The position numbers and the translations under genes were made by a program. A DNA stretch of 63,566 bases, the filler included, from Octopus bimaculoides (lineage: Eukaryota), in NCBI RefSeq assembly GCF_001194135.2. It is 10 parts of 7 records of this genome, joined end to end, with 100 filler letters (N's around TTAATTAATTAA, not from the genome) between each part and the next. Parts side by side here need not be neighbours in the genome. Positions count along the whole stretch, not along the records: positions 10,792 to 39,552 come from NC_068986.1; 9 more parts are not named here. The stretch is one strand, 5' to 3'. Shown piece after piece: positions 23,303 to 36,677 of this stretch. How positions within the stretch are numbered: the stretch's first letter is position 1; the number at the start of each line of letters is the position of its first letter. Below the pieces are notes generated by a model that saw only the letters and a list, made by a program, of their open reading frames with translations, searched no databases and had not been told where the DNA came from.

Positions 23303-24544
23303 GCGCTTGCGTGGTGGGTTCCACAATCGCCATTTANNNNNNNNNNNNNNNNNNNNNNNNNNNNNNNNNNNNNNNNNNNNNNNNNNNNNNNNNNNNNNNN
23401 NNNNNNNNNNNNNNNNNNNNNNNNNNNNNNNNNNNNNNNNNNNNNNNNNNNNNNNNNNNNNNNNNNNNNNNNNNNNNNNNNNNNNNNNNNNNNNNNNNNN
23501 NNNNNNNNNNNNNNNNNNNNNNNNNNNNNNNNNNNNNNNNNNNNNNNNNNNNNNNNNNNNNNNNNNNNNNNNNNNNNNNNNNNNNNNNNNNNNNNNNNNN
23601 NNNNNNNNNNNNNNNNNNNNNNNNNNNNNNNNNNNNNNNNNNNNNNNNNNNNNNNNNNNNNNNNNNNNNNNNNNNNNNNNNNNNNNNNNNNNNNNNNNNN
23701 NNNNNNNNNNNNNNNNNNNNNNNNNNNNNNNNNNNNNNNNNNNNNNNNNNNNNNNNNNNNNNNNNNNNNNNNNNNNNNNNNNNNNNNNNNNNNNNNNNNN
23801 NNNNNNNNNNNNNNNNNNNNNNNNNNNNNNNNNNNNNNNNNNNNNNNNNNNNNNNNNNNNNNNNNNNNNNNNNNNNNNNNNNNNNNNNNNNNNNNNNNNN
23901 NNNNNNNNNNNNNNNNNNNNNNNNNNNNNNNNNNNNNNNNNNNNNNNNNNNNNNNNNNNNNNNNNNNNNNNNNNNNNNNNNNNNNNNNNNNNNNNNNNNN
24001 NNNNNNNNNNNNNNNNNNNNNNNNNNNNNNNNNNNNNNNNNNNNNNNNNNNNNNNNNNNNNNNATATATATATATATATATAATTTGCTCTTTCATTCTA
24101 TTGGATTAGTGAAGCATTTTAGTTATGCAATTATGTGCAAAGATTGGAACAAGTAGTACAGAAAGTTTTATTAATCACATACTATACACGATGTGATTTC
24201 TCAACACATAGCAAACAATTCCTTATTTTTCCGTAGGTTAGTGATAACTATATGGTTTAAAATACATGTATCAGTAACTCGATAATTATTCTATCAACCT
24301 ATACTTATTTACCTTCCTATGAACCTGCCATTTGATCAATATATTTAATTCCAGCAAAACTGCACAAAACAACTTGTTTCATGGTTGGAATACCTATTAT
24401 CACATGGCAGCTTGCCTATATCGCCGATTCTCATTAAAATACTGAACACGTGGCTCAAAAGCTTAACTAACGGCGGTTACAATCAAATTAGCTTTCTACC
24501 CTCATGATTATCAATCTATAAGGTTATCTTGGTACATAGAGACA

Positions 24545-25195
24545 GACAGACATAATGAAATCCGTTGGAAGGATAATCCCGAGGACAAAGAAATAAGAAC
24601 CCACAATATGGTAAAAGCCATAGTCACTCATAATAACAAAGAATACTGGGGGATTGTAACAATGAAGGCCTCAATAAAGTGTAAGCAAAACAGACCTGAT
24701 ATAACGATTTGGGACAGAGAAGAGAAACTGTGCACAGTTTTGGAAAGTAGCTGTTGAGCGGATGTTAGCATAAAGCTGAAGATCAGTGAAGAAGAGAACA
24801 CCTATGCTGAACTATTGAGAAATCTGCAGTTTCTCGATCGAGATTACAAGTTCAGGTTTATACCTGTAATTATTGGGGCCCTGGGATATGTAACACGCTG
24901 CCTAAACGCCAATTCTGAGAAATTAGGCTTCTCAAAACCAGAAAGGAGAAAGCTAATTCGAAAACTACAGATCCAATCCATTACTGGAACCGTAAAAATC
25001 TGTAGAACTTTCCAGAATTTTATCATATGAGCATACCTGGATATGCAACTATATGCATGAACATACATATATACATACAAACAAAAATACCTTGTTGTTG
25101 ATGTTGAAATTCCAATGAAGGAGCCTTGAATCTAGGTTAGAAACCGGTTCTTTTTCTATTGGCAAGGAAATCTTGAAATAAACTGAATGACATTC
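24545..25195 (+). mobile_element. R4/Dong-type RLE LINE 3' end with 3' UTR
   Basis: KCKQNRPDITIWDREEKLCTVLESSC*ADV...LLRNLQFLDRDYKFRFIPVIIGALGYV...LIRKLQIQSITGTVKICRTFQNFII*. Confidence 0.85.
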
Positions 25196-25316
25196 ATACA
25201 TGCATAACTACATACATACATACATACATACATACATTCATACATACATACATACATACATGCATACATACATACATACATACATACATACATACATACA
25301 TACATACATACATACG

Positions 25317-25720
25317 ACCTGCCCGTGAGGCATGATATAGTTTCAAGGACTATGCTATCCACTGGCAGGACTGCCCTGACGCATATATCAAAAGCATATC
25401 TAAACCAGCATGTATTCACAGCTTTAAAAACAAGGAACACCCCAAACATAATAGACTTGGCATTGTGGTACAGGTGGTACAAGGGACAAAAGTCATGCAC
25501 TGATGTCGAGCTAACCTGTCCAGCAGATGTGAATGTACCTATTATCATAGGTGCCTTAGTTTATGTGCCAACAAATTTACACAACAACCTAGAAATGCTT
25601 GGTTTCACGGAGAAGGACCAGAAGAAATAGATGCGGATTCTTCAAATACAATCTTATAGGGACTCAGCGAAGATTTGTAAGACATTCCAGATATTCTCCA
25701 TGCGAGATTCAGTCAGAAGG
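25317..25720 (+). mobile_element. R4/Dong-type RLE LINE fragment with internal deletion
   Basis: MRHDIVSRT...VELTCPADVNVPIIIGALVYVP.NL..NLEMLGF...ILQIQS...KICKTF. Confidence 0.75.
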
Positions 25721-26375
25721 CATGGGTCTGCCCGGAGCTATAGCAGTAGGCACTTGACTAACGGGCCGTGTAGTGGCCTGAATCTGAAACTTCGAGCTTC
25801 ATAATCATACAGACTCTTCGAGTTATTATATATCGTAAAATATCATTTGAATGATAACAACTTAATACTTATAGACGGTTTTATGTTCAATAGATTATGC
25901 AAAGTAAACTGAGAAATGATGCTGAAATGACGAAGCATATTAAAAGATTTTGAGACGTGAAAGTAGAGAAAGAAAATAAAATAAAATAAATGATTAAAAG
26001 AGACAAAAAACATGAAACAAAATAATAATAGTGTAATCAAAGAATAATCAAGTATTCAACACAAACATTACAGCGACATCTCACTAATTTCAAGAAAATA
26101 AACAACTACAAAAACTTGAAACGGCTTCTGCTTGGATGCATTTCTTCTTTTAGCATTTTGTATTTTCATTTCAAAGCTTTTCTGTCAACTTTTGTTTTAA
26201 CCTTGCAAAGTGTTGGAAGTATTTAAAGCATTTAAGTAATTAGGCTGTTAAAGAAATTTTTATTTTGTTTCTTTCCAAAATTCTCATGTTTGCTACCTCT
26301 CCCCTCCCGCAAAGAACACCAAGAACATTCACCGGCCCGGATTGTACGAATAAATATACACTACTACTTGATGTA

Positions 26376-26428
<53 letters not shown>

Positions 26429-26689
26429 CTCTCTCNNNNNNNNNNNNNNNNNNNNNNNNNNNNNNNNNNNNNNNNNNNNNNNNNNNNNNNNNNNNNNNNN
26501 NNNNNNNNNNNNNNNNNNNNNNNNNNNNNNNNNNNNNNNNNNNNNNNNNNNNNNNNNNNNNNNNNNNNNNNNNNNNNNNNNNNNNNNNNNNNNNNNNNNN
26601 NNNNNNNNNNNNNNNNNNNNNNNNNNNNNNATAACACTGACATCTCATTTTAACAGATATATTTACCAAAGTTACGTAAAAGTATCTTG

Positions 26690-27337
26690 AAATAATAAAT
26701 TAGATAGTAAATTTATTCAATAAAATCGCTATTAGCTTCAACCATGGCCTCCAGAAAACTTCGGAATCTCCTGCAACTTTTGTGGACGGTCTCCTTGTTT
26801 AAGTCGGTGAATACTGCCATAATCCTTTTCTTCAGTTCATCTTTGGTGTTACAAGGAGTTTTGTTGGTCTCTCGTTCAACTGCGTCTCACACATAATTAG
26901 GAAGGGGGTTGCAGTCTGGTTGAGCTAGGTGGTCGCAGAAATTGTCTGACAGCCATGACTGGGTTCTCATGCTTGTGTGGTATGGTGCAGTGTCTTGTTG
27001 TCTTCCAGAAGTCACTCGCGTGATCCAGAACAACACTGCCTCTTCCAGGTACTACTACCTCCAGGCCTCCGTGTTGAGTCTGAGGCTGTGTGGGAAGATG
27101 AATGGAGGCATGAAGTCGCCATCACTAGTGATCACTCCAAACACCACAGAGTTGACTGGATGTTTGATTTTTATCACTCTCGGTACATGTCCTCAGATTG
27201 ACACACAAACACCCTGTAATATTCGTATTCGAGATTCCGGCACGAATACGAAGCAGTACAGCATGTTGTTTCCAAGTTTCTCTGGTAGAGTGAATTGCGT
27301 CATGGTGCTGTTTATCTCACAGACGGTGCCAGACGGT
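26690..27337 (-). mobile_element. Internally deleted Tc1/mariner of maT (DD37D-like) type
   Basis: ATG at 27303; KHPVNSVVFGVITSDGDFMPPFIFP; QQDTAPYHTS..TQSWLSDNFCDH; VERETNKTPCNTKDELK...RFRSFLEAMVEANSDFIE*. N-terminus fused directly to the catalytic region. Confidence 0.75.
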
Positions 27338-27350
27338 GTATGTATGTATG

Positions 27351-27392
<42 letters not shown>

Positions 27393-27457
27393 GCTAGCTA
27401 GCTAGCTAGCTATCTGTCTGCCTGTCTGTCTGTCTGTCTGTCTATCTATTTATCTAT

Positions 27458-27509
<52 letters not shown>

Positions 27510-27529
27510 GCATATATGTATGTATTTGT

Positions 27530-27707
27530 GTGTCTCCGTTTGTTCCCCCACCATCGCTTGACAACCGATATTGGTGTGTTTATGTTCCCGTAACATAACG
27601 CTTCGGCAAAAGACACCGATAATATAAATACTAGGCTTACAAAGAATGAGTCCTTGTGTCGATTTGTTCGACTAAAGGTGGTGCTCCAGCATGGCCAAAG
27701 TCAAATG
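27530..27707 (+). mobile_element. SINE family A, 3' portion
   Basis: gtttgttcccccaccatcgcttgacaaccga...cgactaaaggtggtgctccagcatggcc. Confidence 0.8.
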
Positions 27708-27729
27708 NNNNNNNNNNTATATATATATA

Positions 27730-28010
27730 TAGCGAGTCATCATCCAGTGTGGCTGATTGCCCAGGCTTGCCTGAGCACCTCTCCCCATCTCTCACGATCA
27801 TCCATTAGTGTTTTAGGTCTTCAATGTCGCATCCAACATCTTCTGCACGTTGTATATACGCCTTCCGTCGTTTTCCAGCCGCTGTGGTACCACGATTTGG
27901 TGTCCACAGCAACACATTACTCACAAGTTCTTCCTTACTTCTCCAGCAGTGGCCAACAAACCTCAATTTCCGCTCTTGGATGGTTGATGAGAAAGTTGGT
28001 TCGTATATAT
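27730..28010 (-). mobile_element. RTE-like LINE C-terminus
   Basis: IQERKLRFVGHCWRSKEELVSNVLLWTPNRG...M.DRERW. Confidence 0.7.
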
Positions 28011-28087
28011 TGGGTCATCTCATAAATAATGTGGGTCTTTTATACTTCTTTTATTTTTCAAAATGAAGATAAACAAAGTTCTTTTTT

Positions 28088-29116
28088 TTAATTTAAAATA
28101 TATTCTCCTTCATTTTCTACAATGCTCTTCCATCTATCTAGTAGACTTGCAAGGCCCCACTTACAAAATTCATTTGTCCGTGGCGAAAAATACTCCTCCA
28201 GTACTGTTCTGACTTCGTCTACAGAATTCATATTTTTTCCATCCAAGTAATTTTGAAGACTGCGGAATAAATGAAAATGAGATGGGGCAATGTCCAGCAA
28301 ATATGGTGGGTGGGGCATCGTTTCCCATTCAACTGCTCCAGCCTTTGGAAGTCATCCTCGATGTATGTGGTCGAGCATTATCCTGATGGAAGAACGCCTT
28401 CCGTCTTGAAACCAAAGATGGTCATTTTTCTTCTAGTGCTGACTTAAGCCACTCAAGCTGCTTGCAGTAGATCTTCTTTGTTATCGTTTGGTTTGGGTTT
28501 AAGAGTTCAAAGTGAACTAAACCTTTCATATCCCACCAAACAGATAACAACACCTTATGTAGATGAAGACCTTCTTTAGCCTGAGGTGTCTGTGTTTCTC
28601 CTTTCCCTACCCACTGTCTTCGCCGCTTGACATTTTTATAGAGAACAAATTTCTCGTCACCAGTCGCTATTCGGTCCAAAAAAAAAAAGGTTCATACATG
28701 AGACATGACAACAAAGAAGAGCCCACAGTCACTCTCTGCGCGCGATTAGATTCTGAAAGCTTATGAGCAACCAACTGACCAATTTTTTGACTTTTCCGAT
28801 GGCACGTAGGTGTCGATGAAGGGCTAAATGACTAAATCCAAGCTACTCTGCTAGTTGTTCAACATTTACGAAGGGATTTTTTCCACCATGGTTTGCAGGA
28901 GTTCTTCGTCGAGCTCTACAAATCTTCTAGGAGGAGGCTCGTATTCTAGGATGTAGTTTCCGGCTCAGAATTCCAAGAACTACCGTTGACACTGGCTTAC
29001 GCTTATTGTATATCCCCACATACTGCATTTATATTCCTCGCACTCTCTGTTGCGCTGTTGCCTTTATTGAACTCATAAAACAAAATATGCCGAATATGCT
29101 CCTTTGTCACTTCCAC
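28088..29116 (-). mobile_element. Mariner (DD34D-type) transposase pseudogene
   Basis: EVTKEHIRHILFYEFNKGNSATESARNINAV; DRIATGDEKFVLYKN; VLLSVWWDMKG; DNARPH; PHPPY..DIAPSHFHLFRSLQNYL...RWKSIVENEGEY. Confidence 0.9.
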
Positions 29117-29292
29117 TATATCTTTGAAATAATAACTGCTAAAATAGTACTGCACGCTTCAAAACTTGCACTAAGTATAAGAACAAAGTAATATTACTAC
29201 CTGTTCTTATCGTAAACTGATGCAGGTAGTTTATCCCCCTTATATTTTATGCAATTGAAAACACCGCATTTGCTATGGGATGACAAAACATA

Positions 29293-29499
29293 CAGTAGTA
29301 CCTCGGTTTTCGAACAACTGTGTTCGCGAATAAATAGTGCTTTATATAGATAGATATAGATTTATATAAAGCGCGATTTATTTGTGATCAGAGGCGTTCG
29401 TAAACCGAGTTACTACTATATTAACTGAATATGAGAAACAGAGGAGATAAAGTACGATTTATTCGTGGTCAGGGTTGTTCGAAAACCGAGGTTCTATTG
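29293..29499. mobile_element. Tigger/pogo-like MITE with TA target-site duplication
   Basis: TA|CAGTAGTACCTCGGTTTTCGAACAAC ... GTTGTTCGAAAACCGAGGTTCTATTG|TA; an extra internal TIR-like copy at ~29395-29420. Confidence 0.8.
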
Positions 29500-30306
29500 T
29501 ATATGTGTATATATANNNNNNNNNNNNNNNNNNNNNNNNNNNNNNNNNNNNNNNNNNNNNNNNNNNNNNNNNNNNNNNNNNNNNNNNNNNNNNNNNNNNN
29601 NNNNNNNNNNNNNNNNNNNNNNNNNNNNNNNNNNNNNNNNNNNNNNNNNNNNNNNNNNNNNNNNNNNNNNNNNNNNNNNNNNNNNNNNNNNNNNNNNNNN
29701 NNNNNNNNNNNNNNNNNNNNNNNNNNNNNNNNNNNNNNNNNNNNNNNNNNNNNNNNNNNNNNNNNNNNNNNNNNNNNNNNNNNNNNNNNNNNNNNNNNNN
29801 NNNNNNNNNNNNNNNNNNNNNNNNNNNNNNNNNNNNNNNNNNNNNNNNNNNNNNNNNNNNNNNNNNNNNNNNNNNNNNNNNNNNNNNNNNNNNNNNNNNN
29901 NNNNNNNNNNNNNNNNNNNNNNNNNNNNNNNNNNNNNNNNNNNNNNNNNNNNNNNNNNNNNNNNNNNNNNNNNNNNNNNNNNNNNNNNNNNNNNNNNNNT
30001 ATATATATATATATATATATATATGCATATATGGGCACAGGACGCCATGAGACGTGTACAACAAAAAATTGCGAAGCACGAGTACGTGGAACATGAATTA
30101 TTCTTTCGAACAACGAAAGACACAAACAAAACAAACAACATAATGAACGACCCTTCATCAGTTGTTGGCTGTTTTTTTCTAGTCTCGTATTTCGAGCATT
30201 TCACAACAACATACGCTTTCGATAAAACAGTTGCTCCTGCAAAGCAAATTAAATAAAATTTGGGATTCTGCGTGGGTCAAAATAGGTAAGACAAAAAGGA
30301 CATACA

Positions 30307-30340
<34 letters not shown>

Positions 30341-31080
30341 CATACACATGCATTCATGCCTACAATTTGTTCACAAGTCATTGGTTGGCCTGGGAGTAAA
30401 ATGGGGACACTTGCCGCATATGCTATATATTGGAGATGAATCCAAAACCATGTGATTGCGGAACGAACTAGCTATCCAGACAGGCTTGTTATTCACCATA
30501 CATACTTGTGTATGTATGTATGTATGCAGTATTTATCTTTTGTCATTTGTCGTTTTTCCCTACTCGAATCTCTTTCACTCCCTAACAATCACTATCTTGG
30601 TACCTCTCCCTCTTCCTCCTGGCTTTCGCTGTTTCATTTCCAAAATATATAATCTCTGTGCTTGCTGGAGTTTTTTAATTAATATGTTGTCCTCTTTCAG
30701 TTGGACATGGTATTTATTTATTCAATTTTGAACTAAAATATATCGAAGTGTAAACAATTAGACAAAGTGCTTATTGAATATCACACAACCATTCTGAGTA
30801 TCACACTGGAAAATTTCTCACCGTAGCTCATTTTAATTTTCTCGCTAATCTGCTTCTTTCTTCACGTTGAATTTTCTGGATTTTCAAAATAAAACAAATG
30901 GATTGCAAGTGTAAACAACGACGGAAATGACTCATTCAATAATACCAAACAATTTCGTGCATAACGATGGTACATACAAGCACACACATACATAGATACA
31001 TGTATACACCCAGATACACACCGAGATACACACACACACACACATATACGTGTATGTGTGTGATATGTGCAGGTACCCTC

Positions 31081-31118
<38 letters not shown>

Positions 31119-31529
31119 CCCTCTCTCTCTCTCTCTCACTCTCGCTCCCTCTCTCTCTCTCTCTCTTTCCACCATCCTGCCACTTTGTTAAATGCATATT
31201 AATGAGCAATATAATTATTTCTTTATCACCTTTCAAATTGTATTTATAGACACATACGCACCTTAGTAGTTCGGAAGGGATTTGACAGAATAAAGTCGCT
31301 TTTTTAAGCTCCTATTTTCATACTCATCTTGGTCCTCCACGCATTTGTTCTTGTTTTTCCTTATTGCTATCATCATCATCATCATCATCATCACCATCAA
31401 CATCAACAACAGTAGTGCTATTAATACACGTAAAACTGATGAGGTTTCCATTGGGGGTTAACAAATAATTATCTTTGCATATGCCTTCGAACATCTAACC
31501 TAATTATTTATAATTATGATGCTAGGAAG

Positions 31530-31660
31530 TAAATTTCCGAAATGTCATAGAAGTTTACTTCGCAATCTAATGGTTTCAGATTCAATTCCAGCGCGTGGCA
31601 CCTTAAGCAAGTGCCTTCTACGATAGCCTTGGGCTGACTGAAAACTTGTGAGCAGATTTG
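31530..31660 (+). mobile_element. SINE family A head (diverged)
   Basis: gattcaattcc..gcgtggcaccttaagcaagtg...ttgtgagcagatttggtag. Confidence 0.7.
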
Positions 31661-31669
31661 GTAGAGCAG

Positions 31670-32690
31670 TATATTTAATAAGGTAATAAGTGGAAATTAT
31701 TGAAGGATGAATTGAAGGGCGTAGACGGGAAGAAAAGAAAATAGCTAACATTGCATAGACGGATGCATCTCCAGTTAGATGTGAACCGTTTATAACTGAG
31801 AAGGAAGAGTGGGATGAAGGGTGTTAATGAAAATTGAATAGGGTACAGAAGTAGAGAAATCAAGTCTAGGGTCATATCTAGAAGAGAAAGAACTTCACCT
31901 TAAGAAGGTGGTGAATAGAGGACTATTGCAGAGTTTGTAGACCTCAAAACGAAAAAGACAATAGGAAAAAAGGGGTAGAATCAAACGTAGAGGAAAGTAA
32001 CTTTATTCAGTATTTCTCATAGCGAAAAATTTAAGCATAAGGAATTTTGGTTTTGTTCACAGAAAGGTGTAAGGATGATTTTAACAGAACAGGAACCGAG
32101 TCTAAGGGTAAAACTGATGAAAAAAAATGATAAATAGCAAACATGTTCATCAAAATGTTGAATGTTTGGCGATAATGATAAGATGATAGCTCACATTTTA
32201 TCAGGATGCCCACGTTTTATTCCACATGAGTTGAAAAACTGTTGGCATGATAAGGTTGCTGCAATAATACACTGGATTTCTTACATGGGATTCAGTTTTA
32301 CAAGTGCTGAAAAGAGCAATAATTGTTTTCTAAGAATAGAAATGGATATCCTTGAAAACGATAAGTGAAGTTGTTAGAAGAGTTTCCTATACAAATCGAA
32401 ATGAGATCAGCGGACAAGCCGGATATAGTCGTTGATAACATCAAAATTGTGCTTTATAATTGACGTGGCATGACAAATTGTTACTAATATCAAGAGAAGG
32501 GAAAAGAAAAGAAGTAGTGTATTATATCTACATCCGGTATGAAATTCTGAAAAGTTGTAACAAAGAAGTTAACGAGGTCGTGATCCTGCCAGTTATTAGC
32601 AGGGAACCTAGGGGAGCGTGTTGAAAAATTTGAAAATAACCTATGGAAAACTAGATCTTAATTGGTGAGTGGGTGCAATGCAGTTGGTTC
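31670..32690 (+). mobile_element. R4/Dong-type LINE fragment (post-RT, CCHC, RLE), decayed
   Basis: WKLLKDELKGVDGKKRK*LTLHRRMHLQLDVNRL*LRRKSG; IAHILSGCP...WHDKVAAIIHW; CFIIDVA. Confidence 0.7.
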
Positions 32691-32872
32691 AGCAGGAATT
32701 ATCTGATAAAGCCTCGTTACAAAGTAATGACAGATTTGAACAACATAAACAACATATGAAAGTGGACACAAAAGCTTTTCATCATATGCCACGAGTTGTG
32801 TTCTGAAAGGAAACATAATCAAGCCGCTTACAGTATCAGTACCATGTAAAAGCAAAACAAGAACAACAACTG

Positions 32873-32874
32873 TG

Positions 32875-32924
<50 letters not shown>

Positions 32925-33043
32925 CGTGGTGGTCGTGGTGGTCGTGGTGGTCGTGGTCGTGGTGGCNNNNNNNNNNNNNNNNNNNNNNNNNNNNNNNNNN
33001 NNNNNNNNNNNNNNNNNNNNNNNNNNNNNNNNNNNNNNNNNNG

Positions 33044-33102
<59 letters not shown>

Positions 33103-33103
33103 C
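32873..33103. repeat. (GTA)n/(GTGGTC)n microsatellite across a gap
   Basis: Direct inspection. Confidence 0.95.
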
Positions 33104-33109
33104 TTTGAG

Positions 33110-33390
33110 ATTATAATATCACGGCAAAAAAATTTGACAACCTCAGAAAATATAAAGATTTGCTCATTGGAATCGAAAATATATAGCATCTCAAGGCGGT
33201 TAAAATACCAAGGAGCACTTGGAATGATGAAAAAATGGAATTCAAAATCATTTGGATATGACCCCTGGCTTACCATCCCTGCAAGAAGTGCAAAAGATTG
33301 TTTTAACTTGTACGTCACACGTATTGAGAAGTGTATTGTCGCTGTGAGAACAATCGCAACCTTTGTAAATTTTTTCTTCTTCCTTTTTCT
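33110..33390 (+). mobile_element. R4/Dong-type LINE C-terminal fragment
   Basis: GALGMMKK motif followed by frameshifted ORF-end sequence. Confidence 0.45.
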
Positions 33391-33529
33391 CTTTTTCTTG
33401 TTTTTTTTTTTCCTTATCACATAGCTTAACTTTGTAAATGAACAATCTGGTGTGTTTACTTTAATGATCCTTCAATGTATACAGTGAATTTTTTGGCCTT
33501 AGGTATCGTGAATATACTGGAGGAAGAAA

Positions 33530-33960
33530 TGGAAAGAAGAAGAAGAAGAAGAAGAAGAAGAAGAAGAAGAAGAAAAGAAAAAAAGAGGAGGAGGAGGAGG
33601 AGAAGAAGAAGAAGAAGAAGAAGAAGAAGAAGAAGAAGAAGAAAGAGGAGGAGGAGGAAGGGGAGGAGAAGGAGAAGAAGGAGGAGGAGGAGGAGGAGNN
33701 NNNNNNNNNNNNNNNNNNNNNNNNNNNNNNNNNNNNNNNNNNNNNNNNNNNNNNNNNNNNNNNNNNAGAAGAAGAAGAAGAAGAAGAGAGAGGAGGAGGA
33801 GGAGAAGAAGAAGAAGAAAGAGGAGGAGGAGAAGAAGAAGAAGAAGAAAGAGGAGGAGGAGGAGAAGAAGAAGAAGAAAGAGGAGGAGGAGGAGAAGAAG
33901 AAGAAGAAGAAGAAGAAGAAGAAGAAGAAGAAGAAGAAGAAGAAGAAGAAGAAGAAGAAA
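33530..33960. repeat. Compound (AAG)n/(AGG)n microsatellite
   Basis: Direct inspection; source of the poly-R/K/E and poly-S/L/F ORFs. Confidence 0.95.
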
Positions 33961-33999
33961 CACTCTGAAACAGCTCTAAAATAGCGAACAACAAAATCA

Positions 34000-34700
34000 G
34001 AACAACGCAGTCAAATATATAAATGAAAGAAGATATGAGAGATATTTAAGAAAAAAGTTTCTATTACAATCTAAAGGAAGAAATAATTGAAAAATTAAAA
34101 CAATAGAAAACTTTCTTATAGACCGACAAATGTACCTCGCAAGCATGAAATTTGACCATGAAACAGCAACAGTTGATGAAATGTAAAGTAGATAGCTCGT
34201 TAGAGCTACTCGTACTGGAGCATTAAATTAGAAAAATGTAATAAACATGTTGGGAAAATCAAGACTCATAAAAAAGATCTCTCAATCTTGAATGAATGCA
34301 ATGAAAAGGAAATGATACATCTGAAGAAAAACATTAGGGGGACAAATACTGCAGGTATATAATACAACGAAGTTTCCGATATCAAAGGAGGCATGAAATC
34401 TTTACTAAACCCTAAAGAATCTGTTGAACGGAGTGAATACATCTGCTATAGCTTGAAAATATTTTATCAAGAACCATAGAAAAATAAAATAGAAATCAAT
34501 GCAGCAACTACAGCAAGGAAAATGGAGGTATTCTGCATTGAGATACGGACAACGAAGGAATCATATTGGATGATATTGTTCAAAACAATGAGCCCAACGG
34601 TTGACCAATCGGAGAAGGCTGTGTTTATGCAATTGCCACAAAAGGCAACAAAAACCAAAATGGTTCGATCCAGGAAATAATAAAAATTAGAAACTCCTCA
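34000..34700 (+). mobile_element. Possible pre-RT region of an R4/Dong-type LINE (very decayed)
   Basis: WSIKLEK...HKKDLSILNE and FYQE...MEVFC.EI resemble R4 N-terminal motifs. Confidence 0.35.
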
Positions 34701-34714
34701 TTCGACATTGCTTT

Positions 34715-34845
34715 GTGTTAAGACGTTTGCTGCCCAACAATATAGTTCTGGGTTCGTCCCCACAGCTCGTCACGTTCGACAAATGTCTTCTGCTGTAGAC
34801 TTGGATTTAGTAGACGGAAACTGAAAGAATCCCGTCGTATAAATA
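34715..34845 (+). mobile_element. SINE family A head
   Basis: ggttcgtcccc B box ... gtagacggaaactgaaagaatcccgtcg. Confidence 0.7.
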
Positions 34846-36049
34846 TATGTGTGTATGTGTGTGTGTGCATTTACCACGAATATATTCAGCAAGAAGTTAT
34901 GGTCCTTGTGGTGAAATAAAGCTATCAAAATATTAGTTGTAGGCCGAAATATCTAATAAACAATAGGAAAAGTAATACAAATAGCAACAAAATGCAAAAG
35001 GAAAAAATATCTATTTTCTGCTGTCATAGAAAGCAATATATACAAAATGTACAATGAAATGAGTGACAGATATCAGGAGAAAAGAGCGACAGAAATTGTG
35101 AAAAAGTTAAAATCCAAGCAAGCCAGCAAAAATGATGGCAAGAAAAGTTCCTATATAGCCAATACCCGAAAAAAAACATAGTGAGAATTGCAATAGCGAT
35201 TGAGAAATGGAGAGCTGAAATCTGAAACTAAAGAATTCTTGGAGTATCGAAGTAGTCTCTTCAGAAACCCCCAGACAGTATATAATGAAATAAAATGCTT
35301 TAAGTAAGTATAGAATATGTGAAAGGGCAAAATGAATAATTAAGCTCATTGTTTCTTCCACCCCAGTCTTAGTTAAGAGAGAATCCATATATATACAGAC
35401 GAACATACTTATTTAGGGCTTGTGTGACCTGGAAATTAGGCTAGCATTATGAAATACTGCCGGAAAATCAAAGTAAAAGTTTCAATGAGTAGAAGACATA
35501 CTCTGGTCTGCACGAATTCTACGAGACTGCAATACGTTAGAGACTTTTTCCCTTTATGTGTTTTTCCTACAAACATGAATTCTGCATGAATTCAAACAAA
35601 ACTTGAACTGGGCCACAGGTGCTGCATAACTTCCTCGGACTGAAAATAAAAATAACCTTTCTAAGAGGTTGAAAAACATCAAAATATCAAAACGAAGATA
35701 CAGAAATAAAAACATATGTAGAAGAGGCATATAGAGATTATCCATAAAATAATATGAATATTAAAAACAATAAAAAAGGAGAAGAAAACGAATGAAAAGA
35801 AAACACGGACTAGATTCCGTGAGTCGTATATTTATGCTAAAATACAAAAATAGCATTATCTAACTTGTTAATCATGTAATATTAATAAACTAAATACATT
35901 AGCCACATGCGCATTTTCAATTGCATTTGCAAATATGTGAACATAAAATATAAATAACGAAATTAACCTCATATATACAACTGAAACAACAGCTGCAATA
36001 AGAAAACTATTAATAATTTCATATTGAAAAGCAGAATTCTTTTATTCCT

Positions 36050-36435
36050 TTTTTTTATTTACTTATTTCAGTCATTTGACTGCGGCCATGCTGGAGCACC
36101 TCCTTTAGTCGAACTAATCGACCCAAGAACTTATTCTTTGCAAGCCTAGTACTTATTCTATTGGTTTCTTTTACCGAACAGCTAAGTAACGGGGACGTAA
36201 ACACACCAACATCGGTTGTCAAGTGATGTTGAGAGGAAGACAAGCAGACACACAAATACACATACACACACGCATACATATATATACGACGAGCTTCTTT
36301 TAGTTTCCGTCTACTAAATCCACTCAAAAGGATTTGGTCGGCCGGAGGCTATAGTAGAAGACACTTCACCAAGGTTCTACGCAGTGGGATTGAACCAGGA
36401 AGCGTGTGGTTAGAAAGCAAGCTTTTTTACCACAC
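36050..36435 (-). mobile_element. SINE family A (near full length)
   Basis: Colinear with 3464-3835. Confidence 0.85.
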
Positions 36436-36677
36436 AATCATTCCTTTTATCGCAATCCTACTTCCTGACTGAAATATTTTGTTAGTATATAGATTATTCC
36501 ATCTGGAATCGAACATGAAACTCTGCTCTTCATCACAATTAGCTACATTTGTAGTGTCCTCTCTCTACTGTATTGTGTTACAACACCAATTTTTTTCTCT
36601 TTCTGAGTGTTTATAATCAGAATATCTTAAATAAGCTGTACAATATTCTGATTGTTATTACCAGCAGACTCCTAATG

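Noticed and set aside
25112-25150. R4 3' UTR motif ccaatgaaggagcc...gaaaccgg as a hammerhead
   Set aside because: Lacks CUGA and a UH cleavage site; kept only as a stem-loop.
30100-30155. CTGATGAAGG...CGAAA (-), and a similar gaaacg...ctgataaagg at ~16131-16172
   Set aside because: The intervening sequence cannot form stem II and no stem I/III is supported.
31263-31451. Minus-strand ORF with a hydrophobic N-terminus
   Set aside because: The hydrophobic stretch comes from a (GAT)n microsatellite; no family similarity.
33461-33994. Poly-Arg/Lys/Glu and poly-Ser/Leu/Phe ORFs
   Set aside because: Translations of (AAG)/(AGG) microsatellites across a gap. The same applies to the many YIYI, CVCV, HTHT and LSIY ORFs.
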